Below, in pieces: positions 11,434 to 23,710 of a stretch of 64,000 bases of DNA (positions are counted from its first letter, which is position 1; every line of letters begins with the position of its first letter). The notes under the pieces are model-generated. The model was given only the letters and a program-made list of their open reading frames with translations, was not told the origin of the DNA and did not search any database. Origin of the DNA: Octopus vulgaris (Eukaryota). The translations under genes and the position numbers were made by a program. The stretch lies in assembly GCA_951406725.2 (NCBI GenBank), contig OX597815.1, forward strand, positions 188,790,001 through 188,854,000, given 5' to 3'.

Positions 11434-11927
11434 TGTTGTGTGGACGCCCCCAGATGTTAGTTAGTTAGTTAGTTAATTTTTTGGCTCAAAAAGCAAAAAA
11501 GCAAGGCCATGTAGGGGGACATGGAGTTATGTACAGGGTGGTGTTCATGTAAAGAGTTCAGGCCACTTGTGGTCAAGGGAAACTTTGAACCGAGCGGTCG
11601 TCGGCATCTTCACCATCTCATCCGGCAGCTTATTCCACGGATCCGCAACCCGGACGGAGAAAGCCCCTCTCCTTCGATTGAGATGAAATCGTCGCAGATA
11701 GAGCTTTTCGGCATGACCCCGCAGCCGACGCTCTGGAGCAGGAGTGAAGAACAGCTCCTTCGAGAGATGAAGTAGGCTAGCCCAATACATAGATATAGAG
11801 GGAGAAGCCTAGACGTCGAGGAGAGAAGAGAGCAGAGTTGAGTAGAGGTCATCCGAATGTGCAATATAACAGTGGCGACGAGGATTTCGTAGCACACACA
11901 GCCACTGTGCAGTATTGTGACATAACA
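11434..11927. mobile_element. Solo LTR (about 180 bp net) containing a CR1 insertion
   Basis: TGTTGTGT...ACATAACA termini and 5-bp TSD GAAAC (11429-11433, 11928-11932); the host RTE frame resumes across it. Confidence 0.8.
11456..11769 (-). mobile_element. CR1-clade LINE 3' fragment
   Basis: RRLRGHAEKL...FSVRVADPWNKLPDEMV...FKVSLD matches the RGH/FS.RV/WN.LP/FK..LD CR1 C-terminus; (CTAA)n tail; CpGs intact. Confidence 0.85.
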
Positions 11928-12163
11928 GAAACCATGGAAGGAAGGTGGGAGCAAGGAGTCTTATCAAACGTCTTGAAGGGTAGCTAGACGATAGGTGTGT
12001 TTGGTTAATGGTGGGGCAAAACGGGAAAAGTTTGCATATGTTCTACAATGTGAAGATAAGAGATGTGGAGTGTTCAGGATTGTGAAACAATGTCTGAGAG
12101 AGAACCAGGATGTAGCTGGTGACAAAGGGTATTCACAATGTTGGGTGTGCAATGCAGATGTGC

Positions 12164-12530
12164 TTACTTGTACTTGTGACGGCGTTCACCCAGGGTGGGT
12201 TGAGCCGGCTTCTTCTCTGGTCCTGACAGCATCACAAACCATGGTGGCCCATGCTCGATGGTCCCATGCGAGGTCACTGGAGATAGAGAGCCATTCGCAG
12301 TTCCATCTGTGCAGACTGACCACTAGCAAACCTGAGAGTTCGGAGAGGTCTTTCTTTATCGTCGTTGCCCAAGTCTTCAGCTGCCCGCCCATGCATTTGC
12401 GCCAGTTGGGGAGTGGAGGTGGGAGGAGGACATCGTGAATCAGCTCACACTCTGGACACTGGGCCACATAACCGAACCACTTTAAGCACCGTTGTAGAAG
12501 CACCGAAGGGAGGGGCCGGAGATTTGCCTG
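12164..12530 (-). mobile_element. RTE LINE 3' fragment, different family
   Basis: LKWFGYVA...GGQLKTWATTIKKDL...DHRAW; CAAGTA-type tail; TSD AATGCAGATGTRC at 12151 and 12531. Confidence 0.85.
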
Positions 12531-13124
12531 AATGCAGATGTACATAAAGAACATAGTACAAATGCAATGGAAGAAGACGAATCATGTGTAGTGTTCAAGA
12601 AAGAAGACTGTACTGGTATGGAGATGTGATATGCATGATGAAGGTAGCTGTATAGAGAAGTGCCAGCTGCAATGTGGATGGAGCTTAGGAAAGAGGAAGT
12701 CTCAGGAAGACATGGAATGATGTGGTGAAGGCTGACCTCACAACCTTGAACCAAACAAAGGAAATGACAATAGACTGATATAACTGGCAATGTGTGATTC
12801 TCCACAGAATTCTGCTTGTCTTAGTAGATAGATAGAGAGACAGGTAAATGTGTGTGTGCATATGCTTGCATTTGTGTGCATGTGTGTGTGTGTATACATA
12901 CATAACCATACCAAAGAAAACTTGACAAATGAATGGCATTGATTTGATTAACAGATTTATCTAGAAACCAAAACCATGTCCTCTTATAGTCAAACAAATG
13001 CATGAGATCAGACCTACATCAATGAATATAAATATATCACCCAAATCAAGCTGTAACAGTTCTGGCCCGAAGATTGCAATAGCATGAAATCTGGCGTCAA
13101 AAAGCAAGCATTTGCTCAGGAAAT

Positions 13125-13172
<48 letters not shown>

Positions 13173-13260
13173 TCACATGTATATACATACATAACGTTAA
13201 ATATATACATATATATATGTATACTTGCACACACACACACATACACACACACTTTGTATA

Positions 13261-14118
13261 GAGGGTGCAATGGGTAAAGTGTCAGAACTTTTATATTTTT
13301 AATTTGCGCATGAGCATTGTTTCTTTTTGTATTTTGTCAACTACATAGTATATTAAGGTCAGTTGGGAACTGTCTGTGAGAAAAACAGCCCCTTAACACA
13401 AATAACCCAACTGGAAATTTGGAAACAACATGCTGTACTGTGTGGCATGCATGCCGGAAGTTCCAATACGAACAGACGGTGAGCACACAGAAGAACTGTT
13501 GGCTTACTGTGTCCCCAAAACATTTACCGAGGGTGATAAAAATCAAACATCCAGTCAACATCATGGTGTTTGGAATGATCACTAGTGATGGCAGTGTTAT
13601 GTCTCCATTCATTTTCTCACACTCAACATGGAGGGCTACATGAAGTGCCTGGTGGGGAGGTAGTGCTGCCTTGAGTGAAGAGGGTGGCTGCTGGAAGACC
13701 CTATGTCTGGTAACAGGACTCTGCACTCTGCCACACAAGCAGAAGAACCCAGTCATGGCTGTTAGACAATTTCTGCATCCACATCATTCCTAACATCTGG
13801 CCACCAAACGCCCCACACTACAACTCCCTTGATTATTATGTGTGGGGTGCAGTTGAAGGAGAGACCAAGAATACTCCTTGTGACACCAAAGATGAACTGA
13901 AGGCAACGATTATGGCAGCATTTACCACAAGAGTTGCAGAATATTCTAAAGTTGTCAAGTGGCTGTGGTTGAAACCAATGGTAATTTTATTGAATAAATT
14001 TACTTGTTAGTATTTCAAGATATTTTTATGTAACTGTGGTAAATATATCTGTTAAAATGAGATATTTTTCAGTGATATTTTCATTTTTGTGTAATTTAGG
14101 CAACAGTTTATTCAACAT
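13261..14118 (+). mobile_element. Decayed maT-type (DD37D) Tc1/mariner transposon
   Basis: KHPVNIMVFGMITSDG...YVW*QDSALCH...WPPNAPHYNSLDYYVWG; 37 residues between the second and third catalytic D; TA-xAGGGTG left end. Confidence 0.85.
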
Positions 14119-14119
14119 A

Positions 14120-14985
<866 letters not shown>

Positions 14986-15163
14986 GTTGTTAGATAAATG
15001 CATTCATTATTTTTGTCTATTATAATCCATTCCAGTGTTATTTGAATGAACATAAAAAAAAATATCTTTATAATATGATTTTTTTTCGCTTTATTCTTTC
15101 TCTATAATTTAGTTTATCATTTTTGAAATTCGAATAAATTTTACCTGTTTTTTTTTTTTTCAG

Positions 15164-15316
15164 ACATATGAACGAGTACAAAGTATAGAAAAAAAAAAAA
15201 GCCCTCAAGTTATCAGAGAACCTAATGTATACAAATACACACACACATACATCATAATAATAACATCAACAACAACAATAATAATAATATATGTGTCAGC
15301 TTGTAATCTCGTTCTG

Positions 15317-15374
<58 letters not shown>

Positions 15375-15650
15375 GTGACATTTGTACTCTTAGTGCTAGT
15401 TTACAAGAAAAATGCAGGACTGACAGAATTGGCAAGCATACAAACACTAGTGTATATACATTTATATGTAAAGTTTGATTTACCGAAATAGTATGTATGC
15501 TAATACAAATATACATGGCTATTAACTATATGTTTCATTTCATTATATACATTTTATTGAAATTCTATATTCTAAATATTCTATTTCCCTGCAAAAGCTT
15601 CCTCTTTTGTGATATTTTGTAATGCAATTACAATAAAATATTCTTCTTCC
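15164..15650 (+). other. Candidate terminal exon with 3' UTR of an unidentified gene
   Basis: Long poly-T + CAG acceptor, frame (x)HMNEYKV* ending 15188, U-rich unique sequence, AATAAA at 15632-15637. Confidence 0.3.
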
Positions 15651-16116
15651 TTGCTGTTCTTTGAAATGAAGAAAGCACACATTTTATTATTTTTTTACAG
15701 TGGCACGTTGTGTTAATAATGCAAACCTCTTGAAACTAGAAAGCTGATGAGCTAATGAGGGCATTCTATGTAATGACTGGCGTTGCTAGAAATAACAACC
15801 AAATCTTCTTTAAATTACATGCTGAGATTTTCAAGGAGAAAAATGACACAGGATAACGTCTTAGATTTATCATTTTCATTTCGTTTCTACCCCCATTTTT
15901 TCATACCAGTTTGGGTTAAAGGAATATGTTATTAAGGCATTGCTTTAGAGCTTGTTGCCCTTCCTGTCGTCAACTTTTCCCTGTTTTTCAACTGATTTGG
16001 CACATCTTTGAGGGCCCAAAACCAGCAAATGATTTGTTGGCAGGGATAATGACAACATCATTGCTTGTAGCTCAGCAATTTTCAGAGGAAATGTGCACAC
16101 ACAGGTACGTGTGTGT

Positions 16117-16216
<100 letters not shown>

Positions 16217-16257
16217 TGTGTGTGTGTATGTGTGTGCATGTGTGTGTGTGGGGGGGT

Positions 16258-16625
16258 AAGATGCATGGCCTGGTTGTTAGGGGTGTCACACTCATGATCC
16301 TGAGATTTTGGTTTCCATTCCCAGACTGGCTACAAGTGTTCTTCTACTTGTGCCCTTCATTTCATACTGTTCCAGTTCACTCAGCTGTCAATGGACAACC
16401 CTGCGGATAGACCAGCTTTCCCATCTGGGTGGGGAATGTTGGCCTGTTTGCCTCGCCACTTGGGTGGTGTCGTTCAAAAGCTAAAACCATGTGAAGTGAA
16501 CTGTGACCAGCAATGACCAGGGCTACCTGTTTACAGCTGAATGAACACAAGGCACCACTTGGCCCAGAAATCAAACCCATGATCTGGTGATCGAGAGTGC
16601 AATACCTTGACCAGCAGGTTCTGCA
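16258..16625. mobile_element. Two convergent decayed SINEs (16258-16516 plus; 16520-16625 minus)
   Basis: tRNA-like heads at both outer ends; the plus copy carries the GCTAAAAC...TGTGACCAGC tail also seen at 59103 and 10195. Confidence 0.65.
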
Positions 16626-16899
16626 TCTCACACACACACACACACACACACTTACATACATACACACACATTTATAAAAGAAAATTTATAGAAGACAAAG
16701 GAATAATGATTATCATATGAAGTTCAATAGCTTATTAAGGGAACAGCTGTAAGCAAACGATGTTCATGAGATAATCATTTGTGTCTTTGCCATCTCTTTT
16801 TTGTATTACTGTCTTGTACTTGACAAACACTTCCTTCTAAAACATACATATATTGAGTCCTACACCAGGTTATGAATCTCAGTGTCTAAGCAAAACATT

Positions 16900-16959
<60 letters not shown>

Positions 16960-17037
16960 TACATACATACATACATACATACATACATACATACATACAT
17001 ACACACACATACATACATACATACATACATACATACA

Positions 17038-17069
<32 letters not shown>

Positions 17070-17086
17070 CGTGTATATATATATAT

Positions 17087-17663
17087 TCAGGAGTTCAGGA
17101 AGTAAATATGTGCCGAGATATTGAAAAGGAGATCTCACGGAGAGTAAGGGCCAGATGGAAGGCGTTTAATGGCATAAGGGATGTGCTCAAGGGAAGGTTG
17201 GACAGGACCACCTGCGCCAACCTCATTAACAGTGCAGTTCTACCTGCAATGTTATAAGGTAGTGAAACATGGGCTACCACAAAGAGAGAAGAGCAGAGAC
17301 TGGTAACGGCTCAAAGAGCCATAGCAAGTTCAATGCTTGGTATCTCGTTGAGAGAGCACATCAGTAGCGAGATCATCAGAAAGAAGTCTGGCGTGAGAGA
17401 TGTCATCGCAGGGTATACACGCAGCAAGTTTAGATGGGCTGGAAACGTCATCCGGCTCACCAATAATCAGTGGACCCGCGCAGTTGTCAAGTGGTACCCA
17501 CGCGAGCGGAAAAGACCACCCGGAAGACCTCCACGACGGTGGAGTTACGATTTCAGGAGGACGATTGGATCACATGGATGTGAAAGGCGCGATCCAGAGA
17601 GGAGTGGACAGCGTGCTGTGACCAGCGGTGTTAAATGGATGCCTGACGGACTGGTCGGTCAAG

Positions 17664-17667
<4 letters not shown>
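17087..17667 (+). mobile_element. RTE LINE 3' fragment inserted in (TA)n
   Basis: EISRRVRARWKAF...VLPAML*GSETW...KFRWAGNV...KRPPGRPPRRW with one stop; ends GGTCAAGGTGA(TA)n. Confidence 0.9.
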
Positions 17668-17702
<35 letters not shown>

Positions 17703-17704
<2 letters not shown>

Positions 17705-17921
17705 TCTTTTACTCTTTTACTTGTTTCAGTCATTTGACTGTGGCCATGCTGGAGAGCACTGCCTTTAGTCGAGCAAATCGACCCCGGGAATTATTCTTTT
17801 GTAAGCCCAGTACTTATTCTATCGGTCTCTTTTGCCAAACCGCTAAGTGACGGGGACGTAAACACGCCAGCATCGGTTGTCAAGCAATGCTAGAGGGACA
17901 AACACAGACGCACAAACATAT

Positions 17922-17952
<31 letters not shown>

Positions 17953-18117
17953 CATATATACGACAGGCTTCTTTCGGTTTCCATCTACCAAATCCACTCA
18001 CAAGGCTTTGGTCGGCCCGAGGCTATAGCAGAAGACACTTGCCCAAGATGCCACGCAGTGGGACTGAACCCGGAATCATGTGGTTCGTTAGCAAGCTACT
18101 TACCACACAACCACTCC

Positions 18118-18118
<1 letters not shown>
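17703..18118 (-). mobile_element. SINE family B (tRNA head, CORE-like CTTGGGCAAGTG segment, internal microsatellite), representative copy
   Basis: Head AGGAGTGGTTGTGTGGTAAG, B box GGTTCAGTCCC, tail (GTAAAAGA)n. Other copies: 21236(-), 33395(+), 35050(+), 36233(-), 40211(-), 41133(-), 42777(-), 46468(+), 47978(+), 48695(-), 49875(-), 51095(-), 60520(-). Confidence 0.9.
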
Positions 18119-18166
<48 letters not shown>

Positions 18167-19111
18167 TTGTAGAAGACACTTGACCAAGGTGCCACGCAAT
18201 GGGACTGACTCTGAAACTATGTGCTTGGGAAGCAAGCTTCTTACCACACAGCCATGACTGTGAATGTTCAATATCAAACAGCTTAATTTTTTTCGTATGA
18301 AATACCAGCTTAAAATTTGGCAGTTTACTAAATCTGAATAAATTGTTGATTATTTTAAAAACTAATGAAACAAACAGTCAGTGTATTTTACTAGAAAATA
18401 CTGCGATGAAAGGGTTGAAGGGACACTGAACTGATTCACTAGTCAATTTCTTTACTGCCAGTTTAGCAGATTATGTGAAATGATAGTTATCTGTTTAAAC
18501 TAGATTTTCACCAGACTGAAAGCAGCTTCAACCAGACCCAATATGGTGTTGCCATTAAAGTAATATGAATAAAAAGGTGCAAAGATTAGATGCTTTTTTT
18601 TTATATTTTGCAATATTATCATATGTTTGTATGGTTGAGTGGTTCTACAAATTTTGATATTTTATATAATTACTGAAGCATGTCATTTGTAGCTTGATGT
18701 CCTCCCAAAATACCAGTTATTCAACTGTTAAGTAGAAAACACCTCTTTTCAGCTTGGGTGACTTAAACAAGCAGAATATCGAGTTTTTTTCCTTTTTTTT
18801 TTTCTGAAGAAATACAATGCTAGTTGCAACATATAGCTATATAATATTTTATTGACACCTTAAGGAGGTCAAACCATTTTCTACCCATAACAATGATGTA
18901 ACGATTTATTTTCATTGGAAGCTGCTGGTATGGCTATGTGGTAATGAAGTTAATTTTTTAGTCTCATGTTCTCAGGTTCCATTCCATTGCATGCCTTCTA
19001 TGAAAAATACATGCGACTATAGTTTCAAGTTGATTAATGCCTTGTGAGTGAAATTCATAAATGGAAACTATACAGAAGCCCATCTTGATTGTGTGTGTGG
19101 TGGTGGCGTTT

Positions 19112-19365
19112 AAAATAAATAAATGCATCCTTTTAAATCCTAGCCAGGCTCATGGACCCGGTTTCCCGGTTTCTATGGCGTATGTGTTCTCCAGCTGGAT
19201 GGGACGCTAGTCCATTGCAGCGTTACTCATTTTTGCCAGCTGAGTGGACTGGAGCAACGTGAAATGAAGTGTTTTGCTCAAGAACACAACGCGTCGCCTG
19301 GTCCAGGAATGGAAACCACAATCTTACGATCATGATGCTGACACCCTAACCACTAAGCCAATGTG
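19112..19365 (-). mobile_element. SINE family C copy with 13-bp TSD
   Basis: TSD GGTGGTGGCGTTT at 19099-19111 and 19366-19378; (ATTT)n tail. Confidence 0.9.
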
Positions 19366-19751
19366 GGTGGTGGCGTTTGGGTGTGTTTAACTGCCTATTT
19401 CTGCATCATATAAAACCATTTGGCCAATGATGATGTCAGTGTTACACCAATTGCAAGAAATATTCTTGTAGCTTGGCTGATTCCATATGTCAATACTACC
19501 ATCATTGTTTCATCATCCACTTTTCCATGTTGGCATGGGTTGAACAGAATTTGTTGAGGCAGGCTTTATTTATGGATGCACATTCCTCCTGTTGAGAACC
19601 CTCACCTGTTATCATGTAAGAGTATATTTACTCATGACCACATGTGTTCAATGGACATTGAGTACAGGCCTTGTGCAAACTAAATTTTACACACCACATA
19701 GCTATACGGGCTCAGAAGAAAAGCTGTAAGATTTAATGATTATTATTATCA

Positions 19752-20090
19752 TTATCAATGGAAATTGTAGCTGTGATACCAGTGCCGGTGGCACATGAGA
19801 GAACCATCCGAACGTGGCCGTTGCCAGCGCCACCCTGACTGGCCTCAGTGCCAGTGGTACGTAAAAAGCACCATCTGATCGTGGCCGATTGACAGCCTTG
19901 TCTGGCACCTGTGCAGGTGGCACGTAAAAAGCACCCACTACACTCATGGAGTGGTTGGCTTTAGGAAGGGTATCCAGCTGTAGAAACACTGCCAGATCAG
20001 ACTGGGTCTGGTGCAGCCTTCGGGCTTCCCAGACCCCAGTTGAACCGTCCAACCCATGCTAACATGGAAAACGGACGTTAAACGATGATG
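19752..20090 (+). mobile_element. RTE 3' UTR fragment (family of 6985-9342), representative copy
   Basis: Same modules and AGGAAGGGYATCCAGCTGTAGAAAC...GACGTTAAACGATGAT end. Other copies: 9840(+), 25672(-), 26352(+), 39075(+), 39715(+), 48903(-), 63040(+). Confidence 0.9.
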
Positions 20091-20153
20091 AACGATTCAC
20101 ATAAATCATTAAAAGAATGCAAATGTTCCACAGATGATGATGATTATTGTTAC

Positions 20154-20222
<69 letters not shown>

Positions 20223-20530
20223 CATCATTATTATCATCATTAAACCATTAATACTAAATTAATATATGTGTACATTTTAATCGTTAAATTTATTGCAGAA
20301 GCATTTTCCAATGGTAGTGGGAGTCTGGCAGAAATTGAAATGAAATGAAATTACGTGTGGCCTTGGCAACTAGATATTGAAAGAAATAGGGGAATTCTTG
20401 ATTCATTGACTTAGTCACATTTGAATAATAATAGCAATAACTTAGCTGTTGATTCAATAAAGAATGAGTGAGCGAGTTGTTGATTCATGAACGGCAGCAA
20501 AGAAAATATATATATATATATACATATACA

Positions 20531-20578
<48 letters not shown>

Positions 20579-20782
20579 AATATTATAATAATAGTAGTAG
20601 GGAGTATACTACTACTAATACTACTACTACTATTTACTATTTATTGTACTTTATTGATTTAAAATAAGGTTTTTTTATAGTATATGTTTTCTATATGGTG
20701 TGAATAACATCTTTCTTTATTGAATTGTTTAATAGTGGTTTTTCTCTAAATTATATACATTTATATTATATATATATATATA

Positions 20783-20987
20783 AGGAGAGTTTACAAGAAA
20801 AAACAAAAGACGAAGATAGGTGGTGTACAAAACAAACAGATGTATTAGTATAACGCCCAGGAATACAAAAAGTCTTTTACGTTTCGAGCCTACGCTCTTC
20901 TAGAGAAAGGTACACAGAGAAAAAAAACAAGGAGAGAAACAAGGAGAGAAAAAAATGTATGTAGTGGCTAACGATCTATCATGGCGA

Positions 20988-20990
<3 letters not shown>
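20783..20990 (-). mobile_element. Penelope-like family P1 copy
   Basis: Reverse-complement match to 6786-6930; flanked by (TA)n. Confidence 0.6.
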
Positions 20991-21024
<34 letters not shown>

Positions 21025-21029
<5 letters not shown>

Positions 21030-21205
21030 ATCCAAACAAGAAGAAAAATAATGTGAGGACGTGGTACAAGTACTGTATTATCAGATGCTCAGGAAAAGAA
21101 GGAAAGTGGATTTAATGTTTAAAGCCAAGCTCTTCTTCAGGAATAGGGGAAAATCCAAATGAAGGGAAGACGGAGGAAGAAAACCACTAATGATACTCAC
21201 GTGAT
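21025..21205 (-). mobile_element. Related Penelope-like fragment with decayed hammerhead core
   Basis: Minus strand CTGAAGA-A-GAGC-TTG-GCTT-TAAAC-ATT at about 21110-21146; same layout as P1. Confidence 0.45.
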
Positions 21206-21206
21206 T

Positions 21207-21239
<33 letters not shown>

Positions 21240-21500
21240 CGACAGGCTTCTTTTAGTTTCCATCTACCAAATCCACCCACAAGGCTTTGGATAGTCCGAG
21301 GTTATAGAAGGTGCTACACAGTGAGACTGAACTTGGCACTGTGTGGCTGGGAATCAAATTTCTTACCACACAGCCACAACTGCACCTTGAGAAAATCATA
21401 AGCATTTCATTAGACTTGGAAATATGAATAACCAAAATATAACCATCAAATCTAACCATTTAGGAAATCGTTCATGAACTTTACTTAGTGTACTCATTAA

Positions 21501-21934
21501 CCCTTTTGATACGAACTGGCCTGAGACCACCCCTGGTTTGGTGATACAAAGGGGTCTAAATCAAAGCCCTCAAACAAAATTTCATATCAATTTATTTTCC
21601 AAACACCAGATTGACAATGATAAATTTATTTTACCAATTCTTAATTATTTTTAGAATTAATTAAAACAAAATCAATGTATTCTGTTGTGTCTGTAGAGAG
21701 TCATTTTCTTTTTGTGCTTTGCAAGACGCAACAAAAATTTTAGGAAAATAAAAATATGAAAAAAGTGGAAATTTTACCAGTGCGTGTGTTATACTATAAG
21801 GCACAAAAAGAAAATGACTCTCCCCAGACACAATAGAATATGCTTCAACACATGAACTCATATGAAGAATCTTGCAAACCAAATCCAAAAACGAAAAATC
21901 AATGTAGTTTAACAGAAATATGGCAACAAAAGGG
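21501..21934. mobile_element. piggyBac-like MITE with nested insertion
   Basis: TTAA-CCCTTTTG...CAAAAGGG-TTAA; homologous to 42417, 52353 and 56394. Confidence 0.8.
21680..21894 (+). mobile_element. Short retroelement family P3 with terminal inversion and 12-bp TSD
   Basis: TSD AAAATCAATGTA (21668, 21895); 21680-21719 is the inverted copy of 21798-21839. Confidence 0.75.
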
Positions 21935-22636
21935 TTAAACTTATTTAATCACAGAAATTGTATTGTGAATGGAAGAACCAGGAAAACAAGACTGACAAAG
22001 ATTTTGGTAAACCTGTAAAAGGAATAACAAAGGCAATACATTTCCACAGAAATATTTATTAAGAAAAGGGTTAAGCCATTTTTTACTTATGTTATAGAAG
22101 ATTGTTCAAGCAAGGCAAAGAGGATTAAACAAGAACAATGTTGTCAGCAGTGATGACAGCAGCGATGACAGCATCATCATCATTATCATCAACAGCAATA
22201 TCAACAACAATTGCTAAAACAAGAAGAATTTCAAGTGCTGTACAGTCGGTTGAGATCCGTTTTTGTTTTGGGAATAATAGCACCAGGATTAACTTTATCA
22301 TTCTGGATCTGTTTTATAGCCATGTACTTTTTCTTTGTGTTAGTGAAACCTGATATTTGAGAAAGACTTTTTTTGTTTGCTGGTCAAAACATTGTACATA
22401 GATTGTATGGAGAAACCATTTAAAACTGCTTCACATTTAAACCTGCAAATAGCAAATTAAGTCATGCTATCACTCATACGATAAACAACACGGTCTTGTC
22501 TTCTTCCCTTCTTATGAAATAAGTATGATATGAAATAAAGTATGATATGAGTGACATTTGGCTGCTATTTCTAGTAGGTCAAGTAGCCACATAAATGCTC
22601 CTTCCTTAAAATCTTTTATTAATAAAGATGCTGGTT

Positions 22637-23230
22637 CAGGCAGCTAGCTGGCAGAAACGTTAGTACACAGGGAGAAAAGCTTAGCTGTATTTCGTCTGCC
22701 GTTACGTTCTGAGTTCAAATTCTGCCGAGGTCGACTTTGCCTTTCATCCTTTTGGGGTCGATAAATTAGGTACCAGTTACGCACTGGGGTCGATGTAATT
22801 GACTTAATCCGTTTGTCTGTCCTTGTTTGTCCTCTCTGTGTTTGCTGCTTGTGGGTAGTAAAGAAATAGGTATTTCGTCTGCCATTACGCTCTGAGTTCA
22901 GATTCTGCCGAGGTCGACTTTGCCTTTCATCCTTTTAGGGTCGATAAATTAAGTACCTGTTACGCACTGGGGTCGATGTAATCGACTTAATCCCTTTGTC
23001 TGTCCTTGTTTGTCCTCTATGTTTTGCCCATTGTGGGCAATAAAGAAATAAGAAACATTAGCATGCCGGGCAAAATGCTTTGCAGTCTTTACATTCTGAG
23101 TTCAAATTCTGGTTGATATTGCCTTTCATCCTTTTGGGGTCAATAAATTAAGTACCAGTTGTGCACTGGGGTCGATGTAATCGACTGGCTCCCTCCTCGA
23201 AATTTCGGGTCTTGTGCCTAGAGTAGAAAA
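22637..23230 (+). mobile_element. SINE family A (tRNA head, GCCTTTCATCCTTTCGGGGTCGATAAA Nin/Deu-like core), tandem multimer
   Basis: Three head-to-tail units. Other clusters: 26484(-), 28865-29470(-), 30507-31490(-), 35806(+), 36790(+), 38630(+), 40858(-), 51680-52335(-), 54375-54955(-), 56085-56760(+), 57100(+), 60905(+), 63493(-). The domain name is from memory. Confidence 0.9.
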
Positions 23231-23710
23231 GTATATTATCCTGGATATACATATCTTAAGGTCTCCTCTTTTCATGATTATAGGGTATGATTGGGAAGAA
23301 AAGGAAATTTGGCTGCTATTTCTAGTGCTTCAGACCAGTACATAAAGGGCCCGTTTTTCGTTAATTATTTTGGACGTCGATATACTGATAAGGAGAGTAT
23401 TACAATAATGGTATTGCAGTTTCTTTTTTCTTCATTATTTTTGACAGAGAGAGGGAGGGAGAATGGATTTTATTTGACATTTCTATTGTGTAGTAATTAC
23501 ATCCTGTGGAGCCATGTAGCTTAGTGGTTAGAGTATTTGGTTTATGATCATAAAGCCATGAGTTCAATTCCCAGTGGTGCATTGTGTTCCCATGCTGGAC
23601 ACTTTATTTCTCATTGCTCCTGTCCACTCAGTTGACAAAAATTGAGGAGTACCTGTAATTCAAAAGGGCCAGCCTTGTCATATTCCATGTCACTTTGAAT
23701 CTCACTGATA

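Larger units (their letters stand above)
11130..12805 (+). pseudogene. Old RTE ORF2 relic, internally deleted and interrupted by nested insertions
   Basis: WRRKIWKLKD...LLKATDQTCGW...WWWNGKVDRAVKSKRQAWK, then WKEGGSKESYQ...GVFRIVKQCLRENQDVAGDK, then WVCNADVH...VQERRLYWYG...RKTWNDVVKADL; the last part matches the C-terminus of the 6985 element. Confidence 0.85.

Noticed and set aside
15168-15188. MNEYKV resembling a Ras/Rap N-terminus
   Set aside because: Immediately followed by a stop, with no P-loop downstream.
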